Made by a program: the position numbers and the translations under genes. Source: Patescibacteria group bacterium (GTDB lineage Bacteria; Patescibacteriota; Minisyncoccia; Minisyncoccales; UBA5738). Taken from it: a stretch of DNA of 64,000 bases. Below, piece by piece: positions 1 through 8,965 of the stretch; the first letter of the stretch is position 1, and each line of letters starts with the position of its first letter. Location of the stretch: the NCBI GenBank assembly GCA_034678605.1, contig JAXDBQ010000032.1, positions 40,265 to 104,264 of the forward strand, given 5' to 3'. The notes under the pieces were generated by a model. The model saw only the letters and a list, made by a program, of their open reading frames with translations, was not told where the DNA came from and ran no database searches.

Positions 1-6
1 TCCCTC

Positions 7-1968
7 TTATGAGGGATTTTTTATGGGTTTGGGCTTTTCGCGGGCGACATTGGCCATGGGCTGGTTGGGCGAAGATCGGGCGGGTGCCGGATCTTCGATT
101 GGTTCGCTATAGGGCGATTCGGGCTGGTCGGCGGGCGGTTGGCCGCGGTTTTGATCTTGCCGGCTTTCCGGGGCCGCCGCCGCGGCTCCCTTTTGGATTT
201 CTTCTTTGGCGCGTTTGATCTTGGCGATCTCTTCGGGATTGGTGGTGATGATCTGGTCTTCGATGTAGGAAGACACCACTTTCATGGCCACGTGTTTTTG
301 GCCGGCAAAAAACAATCCCTCCCCGATCTCGGCTTCCAAAAGCATTCCTTTTTCTCTTTCGGTGAGGTTGAAGGTTTTTTGCACCACGTCGATGGTGGCC
401 GGCGATTGTTTCAGCAAGAATTGGATCGAAGAGTTGGTGATGATCGGCTGGCCGTAATTTGAGCGCATAAAGTCGGCCACGTCCTGGGTGATGGTGGTTA
501 CCCCCAGCCAATACTTGCGGGCGCGCTTGCACAGGCCGTACAAAAACGACGCGCCGTCTTCGCTTTGCATCAGCACCCAGGCCTCATCCACCACCAGGAT
601 CCGTTTGCGCAATTTGGAGCGGACTTTGTTCCAAATGTAGTGCATGATAATATACATCGCCGCGGTGCGCAATTCGTTTTCCATGTCGCGGATGCCAAAC
701 ACCACCAGCGGTTTTTCCATGGAAATGTTGGTGGGTTGATTGAAAAATTCGGCATAGGTGCCTTGGGTGAACTTGCGGATCCGGCGCACCAGCGAATCGG
801 TGCCGTCCATGCCTTCCAGCACCGCCTCAAGGTCGCGCATCAGCGGGACGCGTTCGGCCCATAAATTGGGGTCGGTTTCGGGGGTGATGTCTTTGGCGGC
901 ATAGACCTCGGTGAGCGCCCGATCGATGATCGCGTCCTCTTCGGGGGTCATGCCGCCCAAAAGAATGCGCACTAAGCCCACGATATTGATGATGTTGGAC
1001 CGGATCACATCGGCCGGATTTTCGTCTTCCCGTGGGTCGGGCAAGTCAAACGGGTTGATGTGGTAGGCCGACGACAGCGAAACATTCATAAACGATCCTC
1101 CCGTCGCTTCGGCCAAGGTTTTAAATTCGTTTTCCGGGTCAACCACAATGGCGTCCACGCCCAGCATCATGGAACGCAAGATCTCCAATTTCACCGCGTA
1201 GCTTTTTCCCGAACCGGATTTGGCGAAGATCACGCTGTTGGCGTTTTCCAAACTGAACCGGTCGAACAGGATCAGCGAGTTGTTGTGCAGGTTGGTGCCG
1301 TAAAGGATGCCCTCGTTGGCCGAAAGGTCGAACGATACGAATGGAAAGGTTGATGACAGCGGGCTGGTGTTCATCGGCGTGTAGATTTGGATTTTGTCCA
1401 AGGCGTAAGGGCAGGTGGAAATAAATCCTTCCCGTTGCTGGTACATTGCCGGTTTGATATAGACTAATTTTGATTCCAAGATCGAACGCAGGGTGGTTTC
1501 GATGTCGCGCAGTTTTTCGGCGTTATTCTCATAAGCGGTAAGATAGATTCCCAGGCGGAACATCCGTTCGGTGGAAGTTTGCAGTTTGTCGCGCAAGGAC
1601 TCCAAATCTTGGTAGGCGATGTCCAGCGCCGGGTCGCGCACCAGTCCTTTTTCTTCCCGCTCCATGATTTCGGCTTGCACTTCGGTGAGTTTTTTGCGCA
1701 ATTGTTTGAGAGTGGTGCCGGTGTCGATGGGATTGATGTGAAAAGCCACGTCCATGGGCGTGTCGAGATTAATCACCGGCGTGAACCACCCCGAGTTTAA
1801 ATAGCGCGGGTAGGAAAAAATAAAAAACGATTTGCCGAACCGCTCCCCGATCTTGAAGTTGTCGGCCAGCAGGACGACCGACGACGGCGCGATAATGTCG
1901 CGGATATTGATCGTTTTCATTTGCAATTCCTCGCCGGGAATGGATATTTTTTTGCTCTTTTTAACCAT
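7..1968 (-). CDS. virB4: Type IV secretion VirB4/TrbE-like ATPase, C-terminal ATPase portion (N-terminal ~220 aa encoded separately by 2142..2801)
   Basis: ORF 7..2028; Walker A FAKSGSGKSYAV; conserved VirB4 blocks IRDIIAPSS...FSYPRY..GWF and VVDPENEF; stop TAA at 7-9; the first 20 codons of the track ORF read through a palindromic repeat, so start is placed at ATG 1966-1968 (MVKKSKK). Confidence 0.7.
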   Translation of the reverse strand: MVKKSKKISIPGEELQMKTINIRDIIAPSSVVLLADNFKIGERFGKSFFIFSYPRYLNSGWFTPVINLDTPMDVAFHINPIDTGTTLKQLRKKLTEVQAEIMEREEKGLVRDPALDIAYQDLESLRDKLQTSTERMFRLGIYLTAYENNAEKLRDIETTLRSILESKLVYIKPAMYQQREGFISTCPYALDKIQIYTPMNTSPLSSTFPFVSFDLSANEGILYGTNLHNNSLILFDRFSLENANSVIFAKSGSGKSYAVKLEILRSMMLGVDAIVVDPENEFKTLAEATGGSFMNVSLSSAYHINPFDLPDPREDENPADVIRSNIINIVGLVRILLGGMTPEEDAIIDRALTEVYAAKDITPETDPNLWAERVPLMRDLEAVLEGMDGTDSLVRRIRKFTQGTYAEFFNQPTNISMEKPLVVFGIRDMENELRTAAMYIIMHYIWNKVRSKLRKRILVVDEAWVLMQSEDGASFLYGLCKRARKYWLGVTTITQDVADFMRSNYGQPIITNSSIQFLLKQSPATIDVVQKTFNLTEREKGMLLEAEIGEGLFFAGQKHVAMKVVSSYIEDQIITTNPEEIAKIKRAKEEIQKGAAAAAPESRQDQNRGQPPADQPESPYSEPIEDPAPARSSPNQPMANVAREKPKPIKNPS

Positions 1969-2141
1969 ACGATTTAAATTCAAGCACGAAGCACGAATAT
2001 TCGAAATTCGAAACAATATCAAAATCAAAAATTTTCAAAAATCAAAAAACGAGCGTGCATTTTGTTTTGGAAATTATGATTTTGGAAATTTGATATTATT
2101 TCGGATTTCGAAATTCGATATTCGGATTTCCCGAATTTATC
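1969..2141. repeat. Family-1 palindromic intergenic element (cgaatattcgaaattcgaaacaatatc ... cgaaattcgatattcggatttc) lying between the two virB4 fragments
   Basis: Arms are inverted copies of the motif seen at 8 other loci in this window; 173 bp, not a multiple of 3. Confidence 0.65.
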
Positions 2142-2801
2142 CTATTGGATCAATTCGGGCGGGATTTCCGGATAATATCCCCTTTCCGAGTCCTCCAAGT
2201 GATGCGTGCTCCACAAAAATTCGGCGATCTCCAAACTGTTGAGCGGCACGCATTGCAGGCCGCACCGCCGCAGGCCCAAGGCCACGAATTCCATTCGTTG
2301 CAGCAATTGGGATTTTCCCTGGTTGAATTGGTCGGCCGCCGCTTGGGCGATTTTGGCCCGGTCGGCCGGAGACACTTTCCCCTTTTTTGCTCCGGCCGGC
2401 GCCACGCCGGGCAGGATAATCTGTTGAAACGGCACCGTCACATAGAATGATTTGTTCATGATGGTGCCGCCCGAAACGATTTCGTTGATGAAATTGCGGT
2501 ATTCGATGATTTGGGCGCGCAAAAGATCGTTGCTTTGTTTGGCTTCAAGGTCGCTTAATTTGTCCAGATAGCTGGTGATGTTGAGCCGCCGGCTTTGGAT
2601 GGTGATCTGGATGGGAAAATCCATCGAGTTAAGAAAGTTTTGGAACTGGCCGATGACGGCGTTTTGTTCCTCTTCGGCCATGAGCGCGAAATTGATGGAA
2701 TTGACCATCATTATCCCCCGCAGGCCTTTGTTTTTCAAAACCAAAATCCCCTCTTTGATCTGGTCGATTTCCAAAAATTGTTGAGTCGATAGAATTGCCA
2801 T
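2142..2801 (-). CDS. virB4: VirB4 N-terminal domain fragment (split gene or pseudogene)
   Basis: 219 aa; block ILVLKNKGLRGIMMVNSINFALMAEEEQNAVIGQFQNFLNSMDFPIQI matches the conserved N-terminus of Gram-positive/CPR VirB4 (TraE/PrgJ-like); ends 113 bp upstream of the ATPase ORF. Confidence 0.55.
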   Translation of the reverse strand: MAILSTQQFLEIDQIKEGILVLKNKGLRGIMMVNSINFALMAEEEQNAVIGQFQNFLNSMDFPIQITIQSRRLNITSYLDKLSDLEAKQSNDLLRAQIIEYRNFINEIVSGGTIMNKSFYVTVPFQQIILPGVAPAGAKKGKVSPADRAKIAQAAADQFNQGKSQLLQRMEFVALGLRRCGLQCVPLNSLEIAEFLWSTHHLEDSERGYYPEIPPELIQ

Positions 2802-2913
2802 GATAAAAGTTTAAAGCGTAAAGCGCAAAACTTAAAAGAAAAAATGCGGATTATTAAAAGTGTTAAGCGAATTTGTATTTTACTTTACGCTTTTCGCTTT
2901 ACACTTTACGTTT
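2802..2913. repeat. Family-2 A-rich repeat (AAAGCGTAAAGCG / CGCTTTACGCTTT units)
   Basis: gtttaaagcgtaaagcgcaaaac ... ctttacgcttttcgctttacactttacg. Confidence 0.6.
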
Positions 2914-3330
2914 TTAAGCGGTTTCCAACCAGTCGCGGATCTTTTGGACATTGTTTTTGGCGGGGGCGGCGTTGATGGCCACGGTGGTCGGGGCTTTTTG
3001 GAAAACGATCTTTTCTCGCGCCACCACATGCTGGTTGGGGTTTTGAAAGCTTTGCCACAAAAAAATGCGCGGCGCCATTGAAAAAACAAAAAAATGTTGG
3101 ATTACTTTGACAATGTCGATGCCGTCGATCTTCACGAAGGCCAGGGCGCAACAGCCGCCCATGACGATGGCGATCAGCGCCAAGGCCAGCGGCATCACCG
3201 CTTTGCCCAGGGAAAAATAAATGGAAAACGACAGCACCGTGCCCACCGCCACGAACACGAATTGCTTGAAAGTGAGCGGCCCCACCACCTTGGACTCCAT
3301 CTCGATGAATTGCGGAATGGTGAAATTCAT
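2914..3330 (-). CDS. PrgI/VirB3-like small two-TM membrane protein
   Basis: 138 aa, two hydrophobic helices (VFVAVGTVLSFSIYF, LALALIAIVMGGCCALAF), lies immediately upstream of VirB4 as PrgI/VirB3 does in Gram-positive T4SS. Confidence 0.5.
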   Translation of the reverse strand: MNFTIPQFIEMESKVVGPLTFKQFVFVAVGTVLSFSIYFSLGKAVMPLALALIAIVMGGCCALAFVKIDGIDIVKVIQHFFVFSMAPRIFLWQSFQNPNQHVVAREKIVFQKAPTTVAINAAPAKNNVQKIRDWLETA

Positions 3331-3334
3331 AAAA

Positions 3335-3500
3335 GCGTAAAGCGTAAAGTGAAAAGCGCAAAGTAAGAAATACGGGAAGCGTAAAGCGTAAAGTGAAAAG
3401 CGTAAAGTAAGAAATACGGGAAGCGTGAAGCGTAAAAATTAAAGCGTAAAGCAAGAAACGCAAAGCGAAAAACGAAAAGTAAAATGCGGGCGCGAAAGGC
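3335..3500. repeat. Family-2 repeat with 59-bp tandem duplication (gcgtaaagcgtaaagtgaaaagcgYaaagtaagaaatacgggaa x2.3)
   Basis: Direct reading; the 185-aa track ORF 2906..3463 is a translation of this repeat. Confidence 0.7.
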
Positions 3501-3663
3501 GAAAAAATAAAATCACAAATAAGAATACCAAAGTTGGGGCGCGCTATTTTTTGATTTGAATTTATGTTTTGCGCTTTTCGCTTTACGTTTTTATTATATC
3601 ATCGCCCGCCAAAACCGCAAAACCGCCTTGCGGCGGTTGCGAGCGAGAAGCAACGCGGGATCG

Positions 3664-4002
3664 TCAAACCTCAATGCCGAATTTTTTGATTTGCGCCGGC
3701 AAAGAAAACCAGCGGTTGGCAAGGTCATTTTCGCTCAAGAAATGCGGCTCGATCTTTATTTCGATCTCTTTGGCCCACCAAGCGCTGCGGTCGATTTTGG
3801 CGCGGTTGAAATCCTGGCTTGAATCCAAAACCACCGCCACGTCGATGTCGCTGTCGACGCGCGGTTTGCCTTTGGCGTAGGACCCGAACAAGATCATTTG
3901 TTTCACCGGCAGCCCTTCGGCCAGCAGTTTTTGCTTGAATTTATTGACCGCTTTTTTAACTTGGCCGGCGCTTAATTTTTTTCTTATCGCTTTGTTAGCC
4001 AT
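3664..4002 (-). CDS. Minimal nucleotidyltransferase (MNT) antitoxin-type protein
   Basis: GSYAKG....DSDIDVAV nucleotidyltransferase signature; 112 aa; overlaps the HEPN ORF by 19 bp. Confidence 0.8.
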   Translation of the reverse strand: MANKAIRKKLSAGQVKKAVNKFKQKLLAEGLPVKQMILFGSYAKGKPRVDSDIDVAVVLDSSQDFNRAKIDRSAWWAKEIEIKIEPHFLSENDLANRWFSLPAQIKKFGIEV

Positions 4003-4253
4003 GAATAAAATTTATTGATTTTTCCCAGCCAGGCCGCGGCGTATTTGGCGGTGGCGGTTTTGTGGAATTCCATTTTTTCCTCCGGATACCGGCCCTGGAT
4101 GTTGAATTTGTTGACGCTCGCCAAGAATTCCTGCTGATCCGGTTCCAATTGGATTTTGGCCAATCCGGCCAAATACAGCAAATCATGGGAATGGGGCGCG
4201 TGGCTGTCGGTGCTTTTCACGATTATGTGTTTGAAATATTTTTCCAAGGCCAC
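3984..4253 (-). CDS. HEPN domain protein (toxin partner of MNT)
   Basis: HSHDLLYL ... GRYPEE motifs of PF05168-type HEPN; operonic overlap with the MNT gene. Confidence 0.6.
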   Translation of the reverse strand: MALEKYFKHIIVKSTDSHAPHSHDLLYLAGLAKIQLEPDQQEFLASVNKFNIQGRYPEEKMEFHKTATAKYAAAWLGKINKFYSWLTKR

Positions 4254-4695
4254 ATGGCCGCAAAAAAGTGCGTGGTCGTAATATTTTTTTGCGAAAACAT
4301 CGTTGGCCAGTTTTAGCGACTTTTTTGATCCTTTGAGCTAAAAATCCGCGATTTTTTCCTTTGAAAATTCCATAATTTTGATGGTTTTAATATACAACAA
4401 TCGGCGCAAAAATAAAAGCCGCAAGATCTCGCTTCGCGCTTTTGGCCGGTTCCGGTCGAGAATGTGAAACTCTTCCCCATTTGAACAAAGAAGCCGGGGG
4501 TCGTCGGTTTTTTGTTTGAATTTAAAATCCATTGCAATGGTTAGAGCGTTGCAGAAGATTAAATCCGCCATTATCCCCGCCCCGCCCGCCCGCTCCCTGT
4601 TTTTTACCCCCGCTTTCGTGTAAAAACTGCCGAGGTCAGACCTCGGCAATTTTAAACCAAGTTGCATTTAGAATGAGAATTTAGTTCGGTTAACA

Positions 4696-4724
4696 TTGAC
4701 AAAATCACCAAAATATGCTATAAT
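4696..4724 (+). promoter_or_regulatory. Consensus sigma70 promoter TTGACA-17 nt-TATAAT
   Basis: ttgacaaaatcaccaaaatatgctataat; followed by a 5'-UTR hairpin agcgcactaatttgcgct and RBS GGGAGG at 4794-4799. Confidence 0.7.
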
Positions 4725-4805
4725 CCAACCATGATCTTTGCAAAATAGCGCACTAATTTGCGCTCATAATGTATCGATTAGTTGAATGAAAAAGGGAGGT
4801 ATGAT

Positions 4806-5168
4806 ATGGGAATGTATTGGTTAAAATTAAGAGCTGATCTTGCATTAATTATTTGTTGGGTAGCTACGCCGCTGATTACATGGTGGTTGATCGCCAATTA
4901 CTGTTGGCCATGGATGTATGAGGATGATTTGAATTTTATAGAGTCGATCATTCTTTTTGTTCTTGCGATAATCATCATGAGTTATTCATGGCATTATCGG
5001 AAAATCATGCTGGCCGAGTATCGCAGATCAATGGTTAATGCGGGATTGATGTCAGATTGGCGGCCACCCGCACCAACGCAAAAATCAAAGTCGGCCAAAG
5101 AAGCGTTCATCGAAGAAATAATTGCAGAAGTTAAGGAAGAAATTAGCCCAGAAGGAGGTAAAAAGTAA
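4806..5168 (+). CDS. Small two-TM membrane protein, hypothetical
   Basis: Track ORF 4782..5168; ATG at 4806 is 6 nt after GGGAGG; W-rich helices; stop overlaps the next start (TAATG). Confidence 0.5.
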   Translation: MGMYWLKLRADLALIICWVATPLITWWLIANYCWPWMYEDDLNFIESIILFVLAIIIMSYSWHYRKIMLAEYRRSMVNAGLMSDWRPPAPTQKSKSAKEAFIEEIIAEVKEEISPEGGKK

Positions 5169-6340
5169 TGCCATTGCCGATTCCTTCGATCCCATGGTGG
5201 GCAGTTGTTCCATCGGCTGGGGTTGGGGTTGCCGGATTATCCGCTTGGATGGTATGGGACTGGATTCCCAATAAAAGAAAAACTCCCCTTTTCCGCGGAC
5301 AAGATGGTCGTTTCTATTTTATTGCAAGAGGTCAGAATAATTTTAATCCTGTAAGAAAGAATGAGGTTGGCAATGCGGCTGGCCTTGAAACTGACGGGCC
5401 GGTTATTGGTGGCTTTCTTGTTTATAAAGGGTTCCAATATCGGAAACAAGCGGATACAGATGATTCCGATATGATTATTGCCAAGGGATTGGATGATCGC
5501 GGGGTGTTTAATTCTGGTTTGTATTGGATTGGATTATTGGGCGTGGTAAAGATCCATACCAATAAGTGGGAGGAATTCGTAGAAAAAGAAGGCAAACGAG
5601 AATTGGTAACTTTTGTCCGGCGAGAATATGGATTTTCCGCCCAAGTAACAAATATGGGCGGCAGAACGGCTCCGAGCGAAGATAAGGGTAATGTGCCGAT
5701 TGAGATCGATTATGAGATATATTGGCGCATAGAGTGTCCCGACAAAGCGAAGCGCGAAGTTGATGATGCCAACTACAAAGCTATTGGGCTTATAGATGGC
5801 GAAATCGTTGCTTGGATTAACTCGCAAGCTATTTATCGGTTTGAGACCGATACGACGGGCAAGATTGTTGCGGCGAGTATGGATAAGGAGGCGATAAAAG
5901 CAGAATTAATCAAGCATCTTCAAAACAGCAAAGTTTATGCTAGAGTCAGGGAAACATATGGATATCAGATAACGGAGTTTGTGGTCCACGATATTGTTCC
6001 GTTGGGTGAATTCGCCGAATTATTGGCATTAGGGGCGAAAACCGATTTACAAGAAAGCGCAAAATTGAGAAAACTTCAATGGCAGCAAACCCAAGCCGTT
6101 ATTGAAGTTGGTATCCAGGAGCAGTGGGCGCTTTTGTATCGCAACAATCCTGAAGCGGTTGTTAGAGGAATTATTGTTGCGGCAGAGAAACATGGCTTGC
6201 CAATAGTATCTAACACGGTTGAAACACTGTTGAGAGGCGCGGCAAAAGGAGGAGAAGTAATTCCGGCAGAGGATATTGCCAAGATTGCGGCAATGGTTAT
6301 GGGGATGATTGATGAAAGAAACAAAAAACAAATTAAATAA
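5168..6340 (+). CDS. Hypothetical protein with N-terminal membrane anchor (possibly SPFH-like), translationally coupled to 4806..5168
   Basis: 390 aa; N-terminal hydrophobic segment WWAVVPSAGVGVAGLSAWMVW; RBS GGAGG 7 nt upstream; no confident family match. Confidence 0.55.
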   Translation: MPLPIPSIPWWAVVPSAGVGVAGLSAWMVWDWIPNKRKTPLFRGQDGRFYFIARGQNNFNPVRKNEVGNAAGLETDGPVIGGFLVYKGFQYRKQADTDDSDMIIAKGLDDRGVFNSGLYWIGLLGVVKIHTNKWEEFVEKEGKRELVTFVRREYGFSAQVTNMGGRTAPSEDKGNVPIEIDYEIYWRIECPDKAKREVDDANYKAIGLIDGEIVAWINSQAIYRFETDTTGKIVAASMDKEAIKAELIKHLQNSKVYARVRETYGYQITEFVVHDIVPLGEFAELLALGAKTDLQESAKLRKLQWQQTQAVIEVGIQEQWALLYRNNPEAVVRGIIVAAEKHGLPIVSNTVETLLRGAAKGGEVIPAEDIAKIAAMVMGMIDERNKKQIK

Positions 6341-6370
6341 ATACCCCTGATAAGGGTAAAATAATCCAAA

Positions 6371-6400
6371 AACCACTTTTTATTAAGTGGTTTCTTTTTT
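6371..6400. terminator. Bidirectional rho-independent terminator between convergent genes
   Basis: aaaaaccactt-ttttatt-aagtggtttctttttt. Confidence 0.6.
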
Positions 6401-6408
6401 GGCTATAT

Positions 6409-7680
6409 TTATTTGCTTCTTAAATCTTCTGAAGGTGCTCTTGTGCTGTAAATTTCTTGCCGGACGCCGTAATCAAAGCTTTTTGATTTTGATTCTATTC
6501 CTTGTTCCAGCCCTTGTTTAAATCCGGGATTTTTTCTGTTTCCGGAAAGTCCTTTGCCGAGGGCGCCTCCCACTCCTCCGAGGCTGCCGGAAACTTTATC
6601 GCTTATTTGTCCGCTGAGAGCAGGAATCATCCCGGCGCAAATCGCTTCTACGGCCATCATGTAAATTGCGATCGCAAGCCAATAAAAATGGCGATCAGTG
6701 ATTGTGGAAACCACGTAAGTGCTAAATGTTAGCGGGGTATATTGGATATTCGCCGGCATTATCATTTTTGCCGAACTTAATCCCAGTGTTAGTAAAAACA
6801 GCATCACAATCCCTCCCAATGTCCAGCCGGTAAGCCAGCTCATCCAAGTGCGGAAATGAGATTCTGTTTTTTGCAAAACGCTGGCCAAAATTGCCAATGG
6901 CGCGAGAACGGCGAGTAATTGGATCATAAACACCCTGGTTAGGAAAAACATTGCATAGGAAAACAGAATGCCGGTAATCGTGCCCATCACCATTATTTGG
7001 ATTAAAATGTTTGGCAAAGTGGTGAGCATTAATAAAAACATACCACCAACCAATGCCAAACCGGCAAGAATGTTCACTCCAAGGATTGCCGAAGAAGTTG
7101 CGCCGGCAAGATAAATCCCAAATAATGTGGCGGCGCTTTTGGCGATATCCCAAGCAAAAACATTGAAAACTGAAGAAAAAATATCTCCACTGCCAACCAT
7201 TAAGCCAGTAGTTATTATGTTGGAAATATCCAATAACATGCCCACAAATAAGGGGGCAAAATGAATTAGCAGCGCGGCAAAAAAGAATTTTACCAGATTT
7301 TTTTTCGCGTTTATCGATTCTATGTTAAAAACTGTTCCCAATGCGATGGCGATAAAAACAACGATTAATAAAATGTCGGCCAAAGTGGTGGTGATGTTGA
7401 GGCCGGTTTTAACAAATACGCTGTTGTTTAGATCAAGCATTTGCGGAGTTTGGTCCAGCGAGACCTTGAGCAAGGTAGTGGCGGCTAATAAATATATCAA
7501 CCCGGTGGATAGTTGCTTGAACAAATCAAAAATATACTGCGTTACTGGTTTTACGTAATTTGAAAGCATTACTTCCATGCTGGCGGATTGGGCAATTGCG
7601 TGTTGCGGAATAATGCAAAGGGCTATTATTGATAATATACTTACGGATATTATTAATAAAATTTTTGTTGTTGTTTTCAT
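6409..7680 (-). CDS. VirB6/TrbL-like polytopic membrane protein with signal peptide
   Basis: Track ORF 6409..7710; likely start MKTTTKILLIIS at 7680; at least 7 predicted TM helices; size and topology fit VirB6-like channel proteins of Gram-positive/CPR T4SS loci. Confidence 0.5.
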   Translation of the reverse strand: MKTTTKILLIISVSILSIIALCIIPQHAIAQSASMEVMLSNYVKPVTQYIFDLFKQLSTGLIYLLAATTLLKVSLDQTPQMLDLNNSVFVKTGLNITTTLADILLIVVFIAIALGTVFNIESINAKKNLVKFFFAALLIHFAPLFVGMLLDISNIITTGLMVGSGDIFSSVFNVFAWDIAKSAATLFGIYLAGATSSAILGVNILAGLALVGGMFLLMLTTLPNILIQIMVMGTITGILFSYAMFFLTRVFMIQLLAVLAPLAILASVLQKTESHFRTWMSWLTGWTLGGIVMLFLLTLGLSSAKMIMPANIQYTPLTFSTYVVSTITDRHFYWLAIAIYMMAVEAICAGMIPALSGQISDKVSGSLGGVGGALGKGLSGNRKNPGFKQGLEQGIESKSKSFDYGVRQEIYSTRAPSEDLRSK

Positions 7681-7690
7681 TATTTCAATT

Positions 7691-8956
7691 TTATAATCCA
7701 AATAATCCAAGAAGATCTCTAAACGCGCCGATTATATTTTGGCCTGTGTTTTTAATTTTAGTCACTGCGCTTTGCTTTGTTTTATCCTTAACCATAACTC
7801 CGGTGACATATTCAAGATTGTTTTCGCTATATGCCCATTCTAAAAATTCTTTGGAATTTTTATCGCTTGTTTGATTTACGCAATCGTCGCCGGCGCCTCT
7901 GGTGTTATCCAGACAGCGGTTAATTTGGCATCCGCATGCCAAAAATCCGCATCGCTGAAGATCGGAGGTTGGATTGCCTTTTGCGTCCTTCACTTTGCTG
8001 AATGCTTCGTATGATCTTGGCTGGTTAACTGATCCTTGAGGGAAATAAATCCAGTTGCTATTTATCGCGCTGGCATCCATATCCCATGAGCTGCCTGTGA
8101 AATTTGGCTGGCTGTAAAATCTAACAACATCACAACCCATTTCTGGCGCGCCGGAAGTGGCCACGCACATTTTTGGATTTGGCAGACATATCTTTTTCCA
8201 AGTAGTTTTCTCGCCGGTGCTTGGATCGATACCATAATTGCAACCGCAATTCATATTTTGGCAGTCGGTATTTTTAGAACATTCAGCCCAATCCGCATTT
8301 GTACCCGCGGTTACTATTACGCCTTTAGCTAACGTTATTGAATCTGTCCCTTTTTCTATGCAACCGGTATCGTTTCCCCGGCAGCAATACCAATTTTTGG
8401 GAATGCAGGTTTGATCAAAATTTCCAGAAGCATCATTGCAACAATCGATTGCTTGCTCGCACTCTTTGTCTCCGAGCAAGAAATTCCTATTTTGGTTTTG
8501 TGGAATTGATGGCAAGGTTGAAGTTAGTTTGGTGAGATTGGGATTAAGCAAACGGAATATTGCCCAACTTGAAAGCAAAAGCACTAAACCGATGAGCGAT
8601 GATTTGATGCGTTTTTTTGCGTCGTTAACTTTATTCGGGTCAGCAACTGAAGTGATATATTCTACGCCGGCGATGATTAATGCGATAAAAACCGCTAATC
8701 CGCCCAGCCCTATTCCCCAGCCGAAAAAATAGCCCACAAGATCGGCAATCGTAGATTCTGGCTTAAGCTGGTACCCTCCGATTGGCGCATTCGGCCAGTC
8801 AATTTGCAGGGATTTGATCATTGGCTTGGGTGCTATACATTCTGTTTCGGCAAGATTTGCGGACGCAATTGGTATGGCCAAACAAAAACTTGACGCAATA
8901 ATTATTGGTAAGAAAAAAAGTTTGCCGGTATTGTTTTTTTGCTTTGGTTTATCCAT
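7691..8956 (-). CDS. VirB2/TrbC-like (PF18895-type) pilin domain protein with large Cys-rich C-terminal extracellular domain
   Basis: Signal peptide, then two-helix module GYFFGWGIGLGGLAVFIALIIAGVEYITS...KKRIKSSLIGLVLLLSSWAIF; C-terminal 260 aa contain about 22 Cys (CCNDASGNFDQTC, CCRGNDTGC, CQNMNCGCNYG). Confidence 0.5.
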   Translation of the reverse strand: MDKPKQKNNTGKLFFLPIIIASSFCLAIPIASANLAETECIAPKPMIKSLQIDWPNAPIGGYQLKPESTIADLVGYFFGWGIGLGGLAVFIALIIAGVEYITSVADPNKVNDAKKRIKSSLIGLVLLLSSWAIFRLLNPNLTKLTSTLPSIPQNQNRNFLLGDKECEQAIDCCNDASGNFDQTCIPKNWYCCRGNDTGCIEKGTDSITLAKGVIVTAGTNADWAECSKNTDCQNMNCGCNYGIDPSTGEKTTWKKICLPNPKMCVATSGAPEMGCDVVRFYSQPNFTGSSWDMDASAINSNWIYFPQGSVNQPRSYEAFSKVKDAKGNPTSDLQRCGFLACGCQINRCLDNTRGAGDDCVNQTSDKNSKEFLEWAYSENNLEYVTGVMVKDKTKQSAVTKIKNTGQNIIGAFRDLLGLFGL

Positions 8957-8965
8957 TTTTTTATG

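Noticed and set aside
107-864. ORFs 107..532, 139..462, 565..864, 570..830 inside or antisense to virB4
   Set aside because: They overlap a well-supported conserved ATPase gene and have Arg/Gly/His-rich composition typical of wrong-frame GC-rich translation.
2906-3463. 185-aa ORF (and 2880..3089)
   Set aside because: It is a translation of the 59-bp tandem GCGTAAAG repeat. The periodic FTL/RF composition is an artefact.
4338-4667. 109-aa ORF between the HEPN gene and the consensus promoter
   Set aside because: No start context or homology, and it spans a terminator-like hairpin (tgccgaggtc-aga-cctcggca). It may still be a real small gene, but there is no support.
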